Assembly (NCBI RefSeq): GCF_037042905.1
Contig: NC_087249.1
Coordinates: 10,912,001 to 10,976,000 of the forward strand
DNA: 64,000 nt
From: Lytechinus pictus
Taxonomy: Eukaryota
Reading direction: 5' to 3'
Below are positions 1-13,320 of the stretch, piece after piece. Below the pieces are notes generated by a model. That model searched no databases. It was given only the letters and a program-made list of their open reading frames with translations, and was not told where the DNA came from. Numbering within the stretch: the first letter of the stretch is position 1; each line of letters opens with the position of its first letter. The position numbers were made by a program, and so were the translations under genes.

Positions 1-991
1 TAGCTGTTTTCAAAGTCAGCACTGCTGCTATATTGAATCGCATAATGCAGGCGAAATTGCCAGTGGCGTTCCACTTGTATTTCTTTGTGATGCCATGGAT
101 ACAAAAGATGACTTGGGGTCTTTTCACACGAGAATCTTGAATCATCATTGTGATGATGATTGCAATTCCTCTTTAGAATCATTGGGCACCATTTACACGT
201 TCACTCGAAAACTGTTATTTGAATTCGAATTCCTACGCGAAGGCGGTATTGTGTCAGTCAAACCCAATCAAAGCACTGCATCACAAAAAAGAAACTACGA
301 TAAGTGCATGACAATCGTTTTATCTACGGAAGTGCTTGAAAGGTCACGTAAGCTCCGCCCCTCAAAAATATGTTTAGGAGGTTAACCCTTTCAGACGTAA
401 AATTCGTACCGTATTTTGAGTGAAACCAAGGAGCTTCGCTCCTTGGTGAAACTTAACTGAAATTCACCTTCGGAGTAGAATTTGAATTCGTGATTGTGAT
501 TAGCGTTCGTGATTCTAGTTTGCTTTCACTCGTGCTTAAAATTCGTCATTATAATTATTTTTCACTGGAATCATCATTCATTACGATTTTGGTACATTGT
601 GAAAGGGTAGAATAATGCATGCAAGTGGCAAAGGACCATCGATAAGCCATTTACAGGTATATTCTTTCTTTCATATAAAAGATCAATTTTTGTTTTTTTT
701 ATTCAAATTATTACCCGATAATGACCGAGGGGAGTGTGATATTACACCAAAGTCGGTTGATTATAAAATTATAATATTTGTTTCTCAATCTTTTCTGCTT
801 AACAAACAAAACGAGTATCGGTAAAGAGTTAAATTAATGAATTATGCTAAATTCATGCAAGAAATGATTTAAATCATTGAATAATGGCGAGGAAGGGATT
901 CAATTTTCGGCAAAGCATCATTTTTGTCTCGCCTGCGTAGCGGAGCGAGACATAGGTATCACTATTTCCGGTGTCGGCGTCGTCGTCAACA

Positions 992-1177
992 ATTGTGTTG
1001 TACACCCAATAACTTTCTATAGCTTCGAGGTGGGATCACCAAATTCATACCAGAGGTCCATCTCCTAAAGGCACAGGTCAAGTTCGAATATGAGTCGAAT
1101 TTGAATAAGGTCAAAGGCAGTGGCGTACCTAGGATTTTCCACAGGGGGGGCAAAACCGTCCGCCAAAAAATTTGACA

Positions 1178-1213
<36 letters not shown>

Positions 1214-1261
1214 AGGTCTTCGATCACAAATAAAGGATTTCGTACCAGAAAAAAATTGACA

Positions 1262-1299
<38 letters not shown>

Positions 1300-2522
1300 T
1301 CTTCAAGCTCGTCAGGGGGGTATTGAAGGTCTTAAAGCTCGTCAGGGGGGGCAAAAAAGGTTTTTCAAGCCCGTCAGGGGGGGCAAAGATACGTTTTTGC
1401 ATGGGTTTTGACTCGTCAGGGGGGGCAGAGTGCCCCCCTGCCCCCCCGTAGGTACGCTAGTGGTCAAAGGTCAATGAACTTTCCATGACTGGCACTGTGC
1501 TGTGTTCTACACATAATAACGTTGTACACCCAATAACTTTCTTTAGCTTCGAGGTGGGATCACCAAATTCATACCAGAGGTCCATCTCCTGAAGGCACAG
1601 GTCAAGTTCGAATATGAATCGAATTTGAATAAGGTCAAAGGTCAATGAACTTTCCATGACTGGCACTGTGCTGTGTTGTAAACATAATAACTTTCTATAT
1701 CTTCGAGGTGGGATCACCAAATTCATACCAGAGGTCCATCTCCTAAAGGCACAGGTCAAGTTCGAATATGAGTCGAATTTGAATAAGGTCAAAGGTCAAT
1801 GAACTTTCCATGACTGGCACTGTGCTGTGTTGTACATACAGTAACTTTCTATAGCTTCGAGGTGAGATCGCCAAATTCATAACAGAGGTCCATCTCCTGA
1901 AGGTACAGGTCAAGTTCGAATATGAGTCGAATTTGAATAAGGTCAAAGGTCAAAGGTCAATGAACTTTCCATGGCTGGCACTGTGCTGTGTTGTACACAC
2001 AATAACTTTCTATAGCTTCGAGGTGAGATCGCCAAATTCATAACAGAGGTCCATCTCTTGAAGGTGCAGGTCAACTTCAAATGTGAGCCGAATTTGAATA
2101 AGGTCAAAGGTCAATGAACTTTCCATGACTGGCACTGTGCTGTGCTGTACACAAAATAACTTTCTATAGCTTCGAGGTGAGATCGCCAAATTCATAACAG
2201 AGGTCCATCTCTTGAAGGTGCAGGTCAAATTCAAATGTGAGCCGAATTTGAATAACGTCAAAGGTCAAAGGTCAATGAACTTACCATGACTGGCACTGTG
2301 CTGTGTTGTACACATAATAACTTTTTATATCTTCGAGGTAGGATTGCCAAATTCAAACAAGAGGTCCATCTCTTGAAGGTGCAGGTCAAGTTCGAATGTG
2401 AGTTGAATTTGATTAAGGTCAAAGGTCAATGAACTTTCCATGACTGGCACTGCTGTGTTGTACACACAATAACTTTCTATAGCTTCGAGGTGGGATCGCA
2501 AAAACTCGTAACAGAGGTCCAT
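992..2522. repeat. Tandem array of about 8 units of ~154-161 bp, interrupted by a MITE
   Basis: The motif gaggtccatct recurs near 1055, 1578, 1733, 1885, 2047, 2200, 2361 and 2515. Units contain AGGTCAAAGGTCA. Confidence 0.9.
1118..1462. mobile_element. hAT-type MITE, 345 bp
   Basis: Ends cagtggcgtacctagg...cgtaggtacgctagtg. 8 bp TSD gtcaaagg at 1110-1117 and 1463-1470. Same family as 16795-17146. Confidence 0.9.
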
Positions 2523-3347
2523 CTAAGTAATATAGCATACATGTAGTTTTGACATGCAGTCTCTTCATGACTGCAATATGCAGGCGAGACAACGCTTGGC
2601 GTTTGCCTTGTTTTTTATATCGATACCGGCTTACAAGAAAACTCATGAAAGAAAGAAATAAAAATCAATAAACTATCCCATGCAGGAACTATCCCATTGC
2701 TAATTTATCCATTAAAGTACTTTATTTTTTTATGGAAATCAGAAAGTAAGATTTAAAACCAAAATGAAATGAATGTACAATATGAAAGCAAAAGTCAGAA
2801 TCGAGCACTACCAAACAAATGACCTGTCTTTGTATAAATATGTCTGATTTTGTGTCGATTTGGTAAAATATTTTGTTTCATTTTGTTTTCTGCTTGATTG
2901 ACAATATGTAATATACAATATCTTAATTTTTGGAAGCGAGAACTTGACCCGACATAGGCGACATTTAAGTCATAGTACACACAAGAAGAAGTTGTTAAAC
3001 ACATCAAATCAACATCCTTTCAACTTTCAACATCATTTTGTCAGCTTTTTAGAAAAAATAGCGATTTTAATGATACGCATGCATATTCCAGACGTCACAA
3101 TAATCGCGTCTTTGATTATCTTGTTGATTTACAATGCGACAAACCAAAACTATCATCCAACTTTAGCCCACAACATCATTGAACTCCATCTAAAGTATCT
3201 CACTATATAGGTCCATCAAGTTTATTAACACGACATCTGAATGAAATGCACGGTGCCAAGACATGTCTCGGAGAATGTTAAGACTTCTGTTAACGAGATG
3301 GAATTCTTCAGGATGGGGTATGTCGTAGAGTATCATTCATCGAAAAG

Positions 3348-3355
3348 TATATAAA
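3348..3355 (+). promoter_or_regulatory. TATA box of G1, separated from the ATG by an insertion
   Basis: TATATAAA. Removing the 3459-5046 element and one TSD leaves 129 nt to the ATG, matching the 114-140 nt spacing of G2-G7. Confidence 0.65.
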
Positions 3356-3458
3356 GTCGATGACATCGAAATGCTCGTCACCTTCGCCACTGACACTGGG
3401 AGAGTTTGCACGAGCATCAATAAGATCTTCTTTCAGAATATCTTGTACAACTGCAGAC

Positions 3459-5046
3459 CAGTGGCGTAACAGGCGGGGGGGCAGGGGGGGCAAGTTGCCC
3501 CCCCTGGCGGATTTCACCGGGAAAATAAAAGAAAAACGGGAAAAAGAAAAAAAGGAGAGAGAAAGAAAGGGAAAGAGGAAAAGGAAAGGAGGAAAAGGAA
3601 AGGGAAAAGAAAACGAAGAAAAAACAATTTTTTTTAAATGGAAAAGGAAGGAAAGCAGGAAAATGTACGAAAGAAGAACATTTGAGAAAGAACGAATCAT
3701 TCCGAAATAGGCCTATGTAATGCGATAGCACGGTGGGAAATGAATTAAAAGATGACAAAATGGCAACCAATAGCGGGAAACGAAGTTAGAGAGGGTTAGT
3801 CAAAAGCTAAATTGGAAAAGAAAAGGGACAAGGAAAAAAAATAATAACACGACCGGGCTGCCGATGATTGAAAATAAAGAGCGGGAAAAAAGATTGACTG
3901 CATACAACATTGTGCTATAAGCTTGCTAAATTTTATGCAAATAAGCTACCGGGGCTTTGCCCCAGACCCCACGCAGTAGGGGCTCTTCATTTATAACCTT
4001 CAAATGGCTCTATAATGCCCCCGTTCAATCACAATCAATCACTGGCATACAGGCGCGCGGGGGGGGGGGGAGGTCTTGGTTCCACACCCAAGAGAAAATA
4101 AAAGAAATTGTAGGAGACAACGTATAATGAAATGAATGGAAACAATGAAATGCGTTATTTGCTGAATATAATGGAAAAAGCGATCACATAATTAGAATTT
4201 AATTTCAATTGGTAATTTTTTTTCCAGCCCGCTTTGCATGCTGGCGACTTTTTTTTACAAATTTTCCCACATTGCTATGGTTTGCCCCTTAAAAATATTT
4301 GGTTCACTATGCAACCGGGTTGAATAAATGTGTTGTGTAAAAGCTATATTCTGTATATGACCGCGATTTGAATAAAATAGCGGCAATCTGCGAGGTTTAA
4401 ATGGCTTTGATATCAAGAAGTTCCGGGAGCTCCGCCCGGACCCCAACCACACAGCACTGCGTATTGAAGGGTTGGGCCATGGCCCCCAAAAGTTCTACAA
4501 ACAAGAAGAATAAAAAAGAGGAAAGAAAAGCAAAGGAAAAGTGTAGGATATGATTTTATTTACTGAATATAATGTAAAAAAATAGCTCAAAGTTAGATTC
4601 TCATGAAAAGGTGATTTTTTTCTCGCTCGCTTCGCTCGCTCGGGACTTATAGTAAGCAGCTTTTTAGCACATGTGCTATACTGCTCCCCTGGTTTTTTTT
4701 CTTCTTTTTTTACTCTTCACGCTACTTCCACAAAGAATCCTGTTCACAGTGGCGTACAGACCACAAAAAAGGAATCTAAAGAGAGAAGAGTGAAATATAT
4801 TATTTTCTGGATATCATGTCAAAATCTATCACAAAATTGGATTTTTGTATTAAAAAGGTCCAAATTTTTGCTCGCTCGCTTCGCTCGCTCGCAACTGTTT
4901 TTAAAGATAAATTCTGCCCGATACGCAATATCTGGCCTTCTCAAAATAGTCGCCTCATTACACCATTACGCCTGCTCATACCATGATATGACCGGGAAAT
5001 TTTTGGCTCTTGCCCCCCTTGGCCACCGACCCCTGTTACGCCGCTG
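3459..5046. mobile_element. Non-autonomous hAT-type DNA transposon, 1588 bp, in the G1 5' UTR
   Basis: 15 bp TIRs cagtggcgtaacagg / cctgttacgccgctg (1 mismatch). 8 bp TSD ctgcagac at 3451-3458 and 5047-5054. Internal gctcgcttcgctcgc motifs; no transposase ORF. Confidence 0.92.
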
Positions 5047-5072
5047 CTGCAGACACAGTGACCACGAACAAG

Positions 5073-6501
5073 ATGGCGGTCTTTGTAAAAGCTATTTGCC
5101 TTCTTGCTGGTGAGTATACTTTTTTTTTGAAAATAGTATTAGCATGGACCTACTACAACTGTTGTAGTAGGTCCATGGTATTAGCAAAAGGGACTACTCA
5201 GTGATATTTCGATATGGGGGGGGGGGCAACGACCTACTGGTGACGTTATAGTGATTCTACTCGCTTTTCGCCTCCCAGGAACAGGTGACGCCAAACAAAT
5301 AACAACTTTAAGAATAATAATAATGATAAAATAATTATTATGATAATAATAATGTAATAATAATCATTGTAATGATAATAATACTAAGAATAGTTATAAT
5401 TATCATTATTATTATCGTTATTCTTATTGTTATTTTTATTATCATCATCATCATTATCTTTATCATTAGTATTATTATTATTATTATAATTATATATTTT
5501 TTAATAGAATAGACTAAGATCTTAGAGGGTTACAGAGTTCAGACCTGTCCTTTTTATTCTCTTCGTTCTTCTTTCTCTCCACCGTTTTCATTAAATTTTC
5601 TCCCTTTTTCCACTACTTGAAAAAAGTCAAGGGGCGTCGCCCCAGGGACACCCTCCACTGCCCCCTAGTGCCGCTGCCCCTATATTAAGTTCTTATCTTC
5701 CAAAGCATTCTCATACCTAGTCATTATTCACTCGTGACTTCACTAGTCATAATGATTATACTTCTAATTGTGATATAGATTAAATATGTTGAATCGAGAT
5801 ATTTAATTCAATATCGAAGATATGACAGAATGGAACAATTAATGCGTTAAAGACACTATCGGGTTAATTTAGATTTCCCAACTTAACCTTTTATCATTCT
5901 TTATTCCATTCGCACAGCATTTTGCTTCACGATCGAAGCCAAAAACGACACTCGTACGGATCCTGCAAAGAAGCTAACTCCGCCCGCTTCACCTCCCCAA
6001 AACCAGTTCGACTTCGTGTTCAGTATCTATAATCAAACCACGCCAAGCCCTGAGAGTCCAACTACCACGAGGATGACCAGACCAAGCACTGGCAACCAAG
6101 GTACGATCCAGCCTAACATCGTAGGAGGGTCTACGAGCATCTACGACGACTCTTCCGAGGAGGAATCCGATACTGATACGGATGACGGCGAGGTCCAAAG
6201 TGCTCCTTCTTATGTCTTTACGGGAAACGAGAATCGAGTGAGCGGAAATACACGACCAATGTTTCCTGGACGGACTAGGCAGCGAGTCATGGCAGGAGAG
6301 CAGGATGGGGACCTCGTAGGAGACTACGAGGGTGATTTCTTTGGCGTTCACGACCATCTCGTCGGCAGGGCTACCGGTTCGTCTGCTCGTGGAGTCGGAA
6401 TCGCTCTCGGTTTGCTCGGACTGCTAACTGTGGTAATAGCTGCTGCTTTCCTCATCATCAGAAAACAAAGGAGTAATAACGCGAGCTTTGTTCGTATTTA
6501 A
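5073..6501 (+). CDS. G1: acidic single-pass type I membrane protein, P16-like architecture, ~206 aa, 2 exons
   Basis: Exon 1 5073-5109 (MAVFVKAICLLA+G, donor gtgagt); exon 2 5918-6501 after cacag, in frame. Signal MAVFVKAICLLAAFCFTIEA, acidic DDSSEEESDTDTDD, TM GVGIALGLLGLLTVVIAAAFLII, tail RKQRSNNASFVRI. Confidence 0.88.
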
Positions 6502-7110
6502 TGGGAATACATCGATGGTATTAATATGGACCCAATTACAGATTGTTCCAAAGCCAGTCGGTTTCTACGGAAAATTATTGAAATATGTACATTTATTTGT
6601 AATTGATTGATTAATTTATTAATATGTAATACGTACATTAATTCATATGTAATGTGTACTTTACTATATTGACCTCCTTGTATCATTAATTCATTTTCCC
6701 TTTTATTTCATAATTTATCTTGTTTACTTATTTCATTTCATTCTTAATAACTATGTTATCTTATCTTGATTTCGGGCTTGTTTTTGTTTTGGGGATTTTT
6801 GTGGGGGGGGGGGCTTCGTTTGTGATATGGACTAAGGTTGTCGTTAAATATTTTCATGGCGCCCTTTCTCAGATGTACCCCCCCCCTAAAACCAATCATC
6901 AAGGAATAATTTAGATTTGTAATTTTTAAAAACTATTTTGATCTTGACCAATTTAATATCATATTGAGACTAAATGTATTTTTTTCACAGTGATCCGATG
7001 AAAGTAAGCTTATGCAGTTCAGTTATATGTTATTTCAACAATTAAGCTTACAATTATAATGTTTCTTGGCGCTTTACATTGTAATTATTATTATCCCAGT
7101 CATTGGATCC

Positions 7111-7349
7111 AATCATACCCGCACATCCTTCTCCACTCCCTGGGGAACATTCCAACAAGAGTTCCAAGACTTATTTGCTAGGCATACTACATATAGGCAT
7201 TGGCGTACTGCCGGGTACCCATTGAAAAGCTGGGTTGGAGAGTAGATTGATGCCTTGCCAAACGATACTATAGGGCCGCGGCGGGTGGGATTCGAACTCA
7301 CAACTTTCTAATTACAAGGCGAGAGTCAGAACCGCTAAACCACGACGCT
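7111..7349 (-). mobile_element. tRNA-derived SINE copy
   Basis: Minus strand shows A-box-like gtggtttagcggtt and B-box gagttcgaatccc, followed by a non-tRNA body. Confidence 0.65.
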
Positions 7350-7774
7350 GTTAATGTATAATATCAATGTTGTTTTTGATTGTTTTCGTTGTGATTTGCT
7401 TTCTTTATGATACATTCATTATAAATAAAGAATACAGATTTTTCATGATGAATTCAATTTCTATGAGCTGGTCAGGGGATGAATTTAATTAGTATTCTTT
7501 TTTTTCAGTTTAATATGTGAATGTGTTGTCTCTACCGAACTCTGTTGTGTAAGATACACGAAATGAGAATAACACTTTTTTGGTGCGTTAGTGTAAAAAA
7601 AATTCTAAATAAATTCATTATTTGATTGTAAAACTAATACGTGATCTCTTGCAGACCTTTTTTGTTTTATTCTTTTTTTTGGGGTGGGGGTGGGCGGTTG
7701 AATGTGAAGATGTTTGTTTCGGACACTCTTAAGAAAAAAATGGATGGTTTATATTTACCCCCCCCCCCCACATT

Positions 7775-8057
7775 AGAAAGAACACAGTGCCCCCACAGTG
7801 TGTTCACAGTGTGGAACACGAAGTGAAATCACCTTCACACTGTTAAATTTGAGCATTTCAACACTGTGTATCACATATTCACATAGTCGACCATGTGAAC
7901 ACGCTGTGAACAGTCACCCTGTCGAGGTGTCCACAGTGTAAAAATATCTTCACACTGTTGAATTTGAGCATTTTAACAGTGTGAATAATATTTTCACAAA
8001 GTCCACTATGTGAACGCACTGTGATCACACTGTTATGTGTGACACTGTTCTTTCCAC
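7775..8057. repeat. MITE rich in cacagtgtg/cacactgt motifs (family of 37914 and 44977)
   Basis: Shares internal sequence tattcacatagtcgaccatgtgaacacgctgtg with 44977-45238. Ends gaaagaacacagtg / cactgttctttc. Confidence 0.7.
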
Positions 8058-8889
8058 CAAAGGTTGGTCCACAATTTACTAGCGCATACATGCAACTTTT
8101 GTGATATTTATCCGTTGCCATGGTAACAGCCAGAGACGAACTCGGTTTTGGTGGCTCCCCTTCTAAATTCAAATGTTAGTCCATAAGGAAGCTCTGTGCC
8201 AAAAATTGTGTTTTTATCCAGTCATTAACGGTAATCCAAAAAATTGACCCTAAGCAACCCTACTATCATAGACAGTCTAATACGTACCGCATGGGCTAAG
8301 CACATTCGGTCTAGTTTCATTTATCGTTTGCTGCAACTACTTTCCTTCAGCTTTAACACTGTAAACTAGTAAAACCTAGTCCAAAACCATTTTTATATAT
8401 CTTCAACCGACTAACTGTTACATGTAATATTTACTTACCGAAACAAATATTTTTTTCCTAGAAAAGGTATCAAGACCCAATCTTCAGTATGAAAGAGAAC
8501 GATAATTGCCGAATGTTTTCCGAACTAGATGCTTTGAAGTCATAACAAAATATGAGGAACATTTTGACAAGATTCGACTCTTTTTTTTTCTTTCTTTCAA
8601 GGCAAATCAACAAGATTAAGTGGAGTTATTTCAATCTCTTTCATATTCCATTAAACAATGATGCATTCGTGATGTCATATGTACGAATTACATTTCATTC
8701 ACTTGTCAGTACTAATAAAGCAGTCTTGTGGAGGTGAGCAATTTACCTTGGCAAGGGTTCAGGTTTTGTTCGGTTTCGTTTCGTACGTGATCTGTATTTT
8801 TTTTCTCAATGGGAGAGAGCGTTCTGATAGAATTGAGAGAAAGAAAGATTTTAATATAATGATGGTAAAAATATGATACTACTCTGTTA

Positions 8890-8893
8890 CTGT

Positions 8894-8925
<32 letters not shown>

Positions 8926-9099
8926 CTACTATTTGTACAACTACTACTACTACTGCTTCTACTCCTACTTCTACTATTCTTCTCATTCTGCTTCTTCGTC
9001 TCCGTCTTCCTTTTCTTCTTCTTCTTCTTCTTCTTCTTCTTCTTCTTCTTCTTCTACTTCTTCTTCTTCTACTTCTACTTACTACTACTACTTCTACTA

Positions 9100-9131
<32 letters not shown>

Positions 9132-9430
9132 GTACTACTACTACTACTGCTACTTCTACTACCATTACTACTACTATAATATTACTACTTCTGCTAGTAG
9201 TAGAAGAAGTATAGGCCTAATAGTAGAAGTTGTATAGTACTAGTAATAACGATAATGACAATTAGGATAATAATATTAATGATAAAATTGATAATGATCA
9301 TGATAATATTAATAATTACAACAACAGCAGAAGCAATAATAATATCAATAATCATAATAATAATGATAGTTTTAATAATGATAGTAATAATGATAATAAT
9401 AATACTGATGATAATAATGATGATGACGTA
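8890..9430. repeat. Compound trinucleotide microsatellite (TAC/TTC/AAT/GAT)
   Basis: Visible directly; it accounts for the poly-Y/S/T/I ORFs in the track. Confidence 0.95.
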
Positions 9431-10360
9431 TAGATGAATAAATTCCAATATCAATATAATTATTTATATACAGATTTAGACATTAACGATATAATTACCC
9501 TACCGTGTGGTTTCAATCTGGTTTGATGGGACAGCAGATTTTTCAAACCATGCGGTTGTAAGATATATGTTTGCATATAATTAGAAAATCAAAATTTCAT
9601 TAAAAATGTAATGCAAAGAAAAATCAGTAAATGTTCTTCTAATAGGGCATCTAATCGATGTATTTTAAAGTCCTTCGGAGAGGATGCGTATATCCTTAGT
9701 TCCCTTTATTTCTTTATCAGAGCGAGTTTTCGCTCAGTGGCGTACGGGACTTTAAGCGCCGAGGGAGTATGGTAAGGCCTTTAACATTTATTCCTATTTC
9801 TGAATTATTGATATCAAGAAATATGGAAGTAAATGTTAAAAGGGCTTGCCGTTCACCCGCGTCGCTGCAAGTCCGGCTTACACCGCTAAACAAACACTCG
9901 CCAATATCAAAACAATAGGTAAACAAAATCAAATTAATGAATAATGACATATTGATATGGCTTGATGAACCTACATTGAAACAAAGTGACTGATAGTATT
10001 CGATGTTCTTTGCCTGTCTGTGAAAGGAATGAAATCCAATATTCGACATACTGGACAGGAAAATGATTAATTTGAGGTCAAATTTGTGCTAAAATTTGAC
10101 ATTGCTAATCATTGCTTGTTTATTTAAGCAATCAACAAAAAACTTTGATGGAAAATCTCGTCCGAATTCGAGCATTATTAATAATGTCCTCGTTAATTTA
10201 GCGATGTTTAATTGAAAATAATAATAAAAGGAGACTAGTGCCAATGTATAGTTCACCTTTTGATAGTCATAGTCGCTTGTGTCACAGATATCAACTTTGA
10301 CAATTGTCCTAGCTGAATATTTTTTTATCATTATTAGTCGTTTTAGTTTGATCGGAAATG

Positions 10361-10367
10361 TATAAAT
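10361..10367 (+). promoter_or_regulatory. TATA box of G2
   Basis: cggaaatgTATAAAT, 136 nt upstream of the ATG. Confidence 0.65.
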
Positions 10368-10496
10368 ATTGCTGCGAAAAGCCATATTTTTCATACCTTA
10401 ATCCGGTTCGTTGCAGAGTCACTAGAAAATCAGGTGAATACTCCAACTCCTTTCTTTTTACGTGAAATCTTCGGATTTTAGCATCCCGCCATAAAT

Positions 10497-11750
10497 ATGT
10501 GTTCTTCTGGAAAACTTTTTGGTTTGTTCTTTCCTCTCCTTGGTAAGTTAATTTTCATTGTAATTATGATATGAATTGTAAAATTTTTCATAGGACTGTT
10601 TAGATAGAATTAACATCCACGCTGAAACTTGGTAGAACCACATGTATTAGCGGCAGAATCTTGGATCAGATACTCTGAAATAATGTCACCTGCTTAGCTT
10701 AGTGTACACTTGCTTTATTTGATATTAAGTTGGTGGTCTTCGCCTTTAGAAAAATGTATCTCTATGCATATTGCAGCTACATCTTTTAGGATTTTGTATG
10801 TGTAAAGAATGGTATTTGGTGTAATTTTTAAACGAGCCAACTCGAAATTGAGTTCTATCAATTCGATTAGTGAGATATTGATTTAAAATATTGATAATAA
10901 ATATCTAAACGTATATCATGGAGTTCAAGTGGGCTGTTTGATTATGAGAATATTAATTCATCTTAAATATAGTTCTTTTATATAACATATCCAGTTTACC
11001 TTAAAGTTATAGCCTACTGTATTTTTTTATAAATAACATATACAGGTTACCCAAAGAAGCCTTCTTTAACTTTTGGTATTATTCGTTAATGAGTCATTTG
11101 ATCATGTTGATTATTCCTGTAAAAAGAAAGAGAAGCAGTTTTGTTTTGGGGGGAGATAGGAAATAGGAAAACGATAAGGGGCGACATAGTAACAAAAAAA
11201 GATGGTGGTGTGATTTTATTATTAATTGCCTTATTATGCTTTTCATTTTCATTTCATTAAAAGTACCCCATTTTTATTTTCAGTTTTCTGTGTAATGACT
11301 GAGGCCAGTCGTGGGGCTGTAGCAATCCACATAGCCAATGTGCCTCAGGAGCAAACCCTCATGAATGTCCCAATGAATCAAGTCATGGCTGACGAATCAT
11401 CCGAAACAGTCGAATCATCCGAAACGTCCGAATCATCCGAAACATCCGAATCATCCGAAGTATCAGCCGAATCATCCGAGACAGACGGATTAACCGAAAT
11501 GGCCGAAGTCGAAACGGGAGTCGAAACAAATACGGACACTGCTGCCAATAACGCTGGCCTCATGAACCCAGCAGTACCGATTCCTGTCCGGAGCGGGAGC
11601 AAAGTTGGCGGGAATCTTGCTATTGTTTTCGGTGTTTTGGGGCTGGTTGCTGTGGTAGTCGTAGGAGCTTTCTTTGTTCTTCGCAGACAAAGGCGCTCTT
11701 ACGTTTTAGCAAGATATGAAGAACAGCAACTGATGATGGAGAAATCGTAA
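10497..11750 (+). CDS. G2: Ser/Glu-rich single-pass membrane protein, P16-like architecture, 170 aa, 2 exons
   Basis: Exon 1 10497-10542 (MCSSGKLFGLFFPLL+G, donor gtaagt); exon 2 11284-11750 after ttttcag (VFCVMTEA...). ESSETxE repeats, TM LAIVFGVLGLVAVVVVGAFFVL, tail RRQRRSY...EEQQLMMEKS. Confidence 0.9.
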
Positions 11751-11866
11751 TTTATGCTCTTCACTTGGTCATCTCAACTTAACAATGGAGTCAGAGGATG
11801 AAAAAAAATGTATTCTTGATGTTGAACGCATATAGTACAACGACTAAACTGCTCTGTATTATGTAA

Positions 11867-12170
11867 CCATAGGGATATTGCAATTGCAATGGGGACGGAT
11901 TCTACAATATGGTAAATCTATTGAAAATGCTCGTCATAACACTGTGAACAGCTTAGAGGTCTTTGCCAATGGTTGGTCGACCGGGACAGCAGATCGTCCT
12001 TAGATTTGGACCTGACGAAAAATTGCAAATTTGTGGTTTGTCCAGAGTCCAGGACGACACTGCTGTTATTCACCGATTTTCCACAGAGACTCCTTTGTCA
12101 TGAAGGTCCTTTGACAATATATTTTCTGTGTTCTAGAAGGCGTCTGCGTACTGGTTGCGAAAAGAGTCAT
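11867..12170. repeat. Decayed copy of the fold-back element at 43974-44290 (also downstream of G3 and G4)
   Basis: Shared stretches such as gacggattctacaa, tttgtccagagtccaggacgac and tgtcatgaaggtc. Boundaries approximate. Confidence 0.75.
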
Positions 12171-13094
12171 ACGACGAAGCCTACTTCAAACCGGTCGATG
12201 GTATGTCATTCTAAATCACGTAAAAGATTCGGACGTTTTAGATCTGGTATGACTGCATAGCATTCGATAGTATGGGGGAGAAGTAATTGTATTTTGTAAC
12301 TACTCAAAATGTGTAACCTTCGTGAAATTGATAATGCCTTAAGATTTACCTGTCGAAATTATAGTTCATGAAGATATTGAGAAATTAAGACCTGTGACAA
12401 AATCATGCACAGTTATCATGTCTATACTTGTGTAGCAATGGCTTTTAGTGAAATATGATAACATTTTAACGCATTATTTCTACTTTTTTTCAAAATGCCG
12501 AGACGCAAAAAGCTTTTAAGAGCACAAAACATTAATTGGAAAAACCCGTCTAATGACCATGAAGATCTGGGAGGGCTTTGTCGAAATTTGTTAGCACGGG
12601 CATAGCAGTATGACTGCATAGCATTCGATAGTATGGGGGAGAAGTAATTGTATTCTGTAACTATATACTCAAAACTGTTTAAATGTGTAACCTTCGTGAA
12701 ATTGATAATGCCTCAAGATTTATCTGTCGAAATTATAGTTCATGAATATATTGAGATATTAAGACCTGTGGCAAAGTCATGCACAGTTATTATGTCTATA
12801 CTTTGGTGTAGCAATGGCTTTTAGTAAAATATGATAACATTTTAACGCATTATTTCTACTTTTTTTTTCAAAATAAAGTGCGATGTATTTACACTAAGTA
12901 TACAGTGTAACTTAATCATCCTCTCAGTCTTTATTTCTTGCAAAACATATTCAAACATTGTATTCATTTTTATTCTGACTCATTGTGAAACTTAATTTTG
13001 CTGTACATATTTGCATTTTGATCTTATTGAATTTTGAATAAATTGAGTATTTAAATAACGAATTGACGTTATTTATATAGTAATTAGACATCGA

Positions 13095-13320
13095 GATTGA
13101 TTGATTGATTGATTGATTGGATAACTCACTAATTGGTGGTTGGTCGATTAATGATGTTCATGAGTAGAAGGATGAATGGATAGATTAATTAATAGAATGA
13201 TGGATGGTTGGACTGATGGATGGAATGACCGGTGGATGGATTGATTGATGGATAGAAGGATTCGGGATGGATAGATTGATGACTAGATGGATGGATTGGT
13301 GGATGAATAAAAAAGATTGG
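13095..13320. repeat. (GATT)n/(GGAT)n degenerate microsatellite, paralogous at ~21320-21760 and ~29490-29840
   Basis: Visible directly. Confidence 0.85.

Larger units (their letters stand above)
921..2610. mobile_element. Pearl/DINE-1/HINE-like non-autonomous element carrying a tandem-repeat core
   Basis: 13 bp subterminal inverted repeats ttgtctcgcctgc (924-936) / gcaggcgagacaa (2580-2592). Partial internal IR gcgagaca near 945. Small 3' hairpin aacgc-ttg-gcgtt (2591-2603). T-runs on both sides, no TSD, tandem core inside. Confidence 0.65.

Noticed and set aside
992-2522. Regular repeat array that could be taken for CRISPR, or ORFs with repeated peptides
   Set aside because: Units are contiguous ~155 bp tandem repeats without unique spacers, and no cas genes are present. 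The ORFs are translations of the repeat.
3308-3770. Lys/Glu-rich and Phe/Ser-rich ORFs
   Set aside because: Purine-rich low-complexity tract inside the hAT-type insertion.
8873-9454. Poly-Tyr/Ser/Thr/Ile ORFs
   Set aside because: Trinucleotide microsatellite with no splice or promoter support.
11973-12260. 95 aa ORF repeated at 28736 with a similar peptide at 44122
   Set aside because: It lies in a repeated fold-back element, and the frame is not preserved in unit 2 or at 44 kb.
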